DNA of 64,000 bases from a virus, in IMG/VR virus record IMGVR_UViG_3300025598_000024, positions 41,160 through 105,159 of that record; one strand, 5' to 3'. Below, in pieces: positions 62,196 through 64,000 of this stretch (position 1 is the stretch's first letter; each line of letters opens with the position of its first letter). The notes beneath the pieces are model-generated. The model did no database searches. It had not been told where the DNA came from and was given only the letters and a program-made list of their open reading frames with translations. A program made the translations under genes and the position numbers.

Positions 62196-64000
62196 TTATG
62201 CCTGTGGTTCAATCCATGAGATACGGCCCAACAACTGCACGCCTACACCGTTAAGGTTCTGAGCGACCAGTGTCAATGTGTCAGGACCATCTGGGTAGAT
62301 GTTCTTGTCTGGTGTTGCCAGTGCTGCAGTGGTAGCAGTACCGCCGTTGAGGATGCTGTTACCGAGGTCACGAACACCAGCAACGTTAACTTCCTGTGTG
62401 GTGTCTACGAAGAAACCACCGGTAACTTCACCAGCAGCCAAACCACTAGCAACCGTAACACCATTGGGTACAGAAGAGTAGTCAGCAATCTGGCTAAGCG
62501 ATGAGTTCGGGCTGTTTGCACCAGCGACGACGTTTGTCCACTGTGGCAATGTTCCACCACTGATAAGCTGTGGCACGCTATTCAAGTAAGCCTTGATAAG
62601 CACGTTACCGGCACCAACCCCCTGTGTACCAGTAACTGTAACCGATACGTCAAGTGTCTGCAGCTGCAGCTGTACACGGTTAGCCAGTTCGTGCGATCCA
62701 AGGATAGAACTTGTTTGGCCATTGTCAACGCTAGGAGCAATACGAATCGACATCAGAGACTTGGTCTGACCAGAAGCCAACGTAATTGGAGTAGTCTGAC
62801 CATAGGTGAACAAAAGGTTGGCGTCAGGCGAGAAACCACCATCCATTGTTACTGCAGTACCCCAGTGGCTAAAGTATGGGCTGTGCGTAGGCATTGCCAA
62901 CTCAACCGTAGTTGGTGCGGTAGCAGAGTATGAGAATGCAGTTCCTGCAAGTCCCATAGCCTGCACTGGAACCGTTGCGCTGGCGTTAGTCGATACAGAA
63001 GCATTGCTAAACGTAATGAAGTTACCGCTGATGGAAGTAACGTATGTGTTGTCGGGGAACAACGTCGGTGCAGTAACCTTAGAACCAATTGCAACACCGG
63101 TAATAGTTCCGCTACCAATTGGGCTACCAGACGTTAAAGAAAGCGTCAGGGAAGCAGGGGTAGCAATACCACGTGTCAAACCACCGAAGCTGTTAGCAGT
63201 TACAGTTGTGTAATTAACGTATTCAACACCAGTCGTGGCGTTCTTGATCGCAAGAGTGCCTGATGCAGGGAATGCGCTATTGCCAGCTGGATTCAGCGTA
63301 TTGTTAACATAGATTGTGGTGTCTGTTGCACCGATGCCAGATGTGGTAGTGGTAATTGGTGGGATCGTAGATGTTTCGTAACGACCCGGCAAGTTACCAG
63401 AGCGCATGTAGGCAGTGGTGTTGATGTTGTTGTTAGCCAGCTTGTGGCAGAACAGGATGTTACCATCAGTAGTTCTCAGGCCCCAACGCACGAAACCAGC
63501 TCCGTACCACGAGTAGTCAAGGTACCACATCTGCATCTTGGTAATGTCAAGCTTGTAACCGCTGGGTCCAGTTCCATCAAGTTTGTCAATGTTCCATTGC
63601 GACTGTGGCATACGGTTGTCGACAGTGGCTGTAACAGTCACGTAGTTGGCAGTAATACCACGGTAAGCAGGGCTAATGGTGATCTGCGTATCGCTAGTGA
63701 TATCAGTAACACGGTAAGAGCTACCACGGATAACAATGTACTGACCAGGGGTCAGCTGCTTGCTAAAGATGGTTGGGAAATTGCCATCGGTTGCAGTAAC
63801 CGTTGTGCTACCGTTTGTTACAGTTACACGACCAGCAATCTGCTTAATTGAGCTACGAAGAACAGCGTAAAGCTGCTGACCATCGTACTCGAAGAACATG
63901 CCGTTCTCTTGGTTGAAAAGACCCATTCTCTGTACAGCACCGTACCAACCATTAACTGTGCAAATAAAGTTTGCAGGATAATCAGATGGTGAAGTATTGC
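62196..64000 (-). CDS. large virion fibre/structural protein, 5' end beyond the window
   Basis: frame open to the window edge; KMQM..DYSWYGAG.VRWG, AYMRSGNLP.RYE, SHWG..V.MDG. Confidence 0.75.
   Translation of the reverse strand, partial: NTSPSDYPANFICTVNGWYGAVQRMGLFNQENGMFFEYDGQQLYAVLRSSIKQIAGRVTVTNGSTTVTATDGNFPTIFSKQLTPGQYIVIRGSSYRVTDITSDTQITISPAYRGITANYVTVTATVDNRMPQSQWNIDKLDGTGPSGYKLDITKMQMWYLDYSWYGAGFVRWGLRTTDGNILFCHKLANNNINTTAYMRSGNLPGRYETSTIPPITTTTSGIGATDTTIYVNNTLNPAGNSAFPASGTLAIKNATTGVEYVNYTTVTANSFGGLTRGIATPASLTLSLTSGSPIGSGTITGVAIGSKVTAPTLFPDNTYVTSISGNFITFSNASVSTNASATVPVQAMGLAGTAFSYSATAPTTVELAMPTHSPYFSHWGTAVTMDGGFSPDANLLFTYGQTTPITLASGQTKSLMSIRIAPSVDNGQTSSILGSHELANRVQLQLQTLDVSVTVTGTQGVGAGNVLIKAYLNSVPQLISGGTLPQWTNVVAGANSPNSSLSQIADYSSVPNGVTVASGLAAGEVTGGFFVDTTQEVNVAGVRDLGNSILNGGTATTAALATPDKNIYPDGPDTLTLVAQNLNGVGVQLLGRISWIEPQA

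Overview
A 64-kb segment of a large tailed dsDNA phage with a contractile tail (myovirus). Essentially every gene is on the minus strand. A WhiB gene, a short-variable-loop tRNA-Leu and a head/tail gene layout like that of large actinobacterial myoviruses point to an actinobacterial host. In transcription order (right to left) the window holds four blocks. (1) Morphogenesis: portal with a LAGLIDADG intein, head protease, scaffold, capsid, fibre/neck genes, NlpC/P60 lysin, sheath, tube, -1-frameshifted tail chaperone, tape measure and baseplate. (2) SNF2 helicase, WhiB and a glycosyl/methyl-transferase cluster. (3) A tRNA cluster (9 apparently intact tRNAs) with thyX. (4) Accessory genes (COLGALT-like GT, HslV-like peptidase, UvsE, LuxC-like protein) and the DnaC-DnaB-primase module. 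The most striking pattern is that all three free-standing endonuclease genes sit in a broken target next to a diverged replacement of it. An HNH gene plus an intact tRNA-Leu(TAG) lies inside the anticodon loop of a split Leu-type tRNA. An EndoVII gene lies between a 5' tRNA remnant and a highly non-canonical tRNA-Lys. A DUF559/Vsr-like gene ends in a duplicate of the head-tail adaptor C-terminus, and the recoded upstream copy supplies its Shine-Dalgarno site. Separately, a 69-bp tRNA-Val duplication brackets a captured GC-rich GT-methyltransferase gene. All calls come from motifs and structures read by eye; no searches were run.
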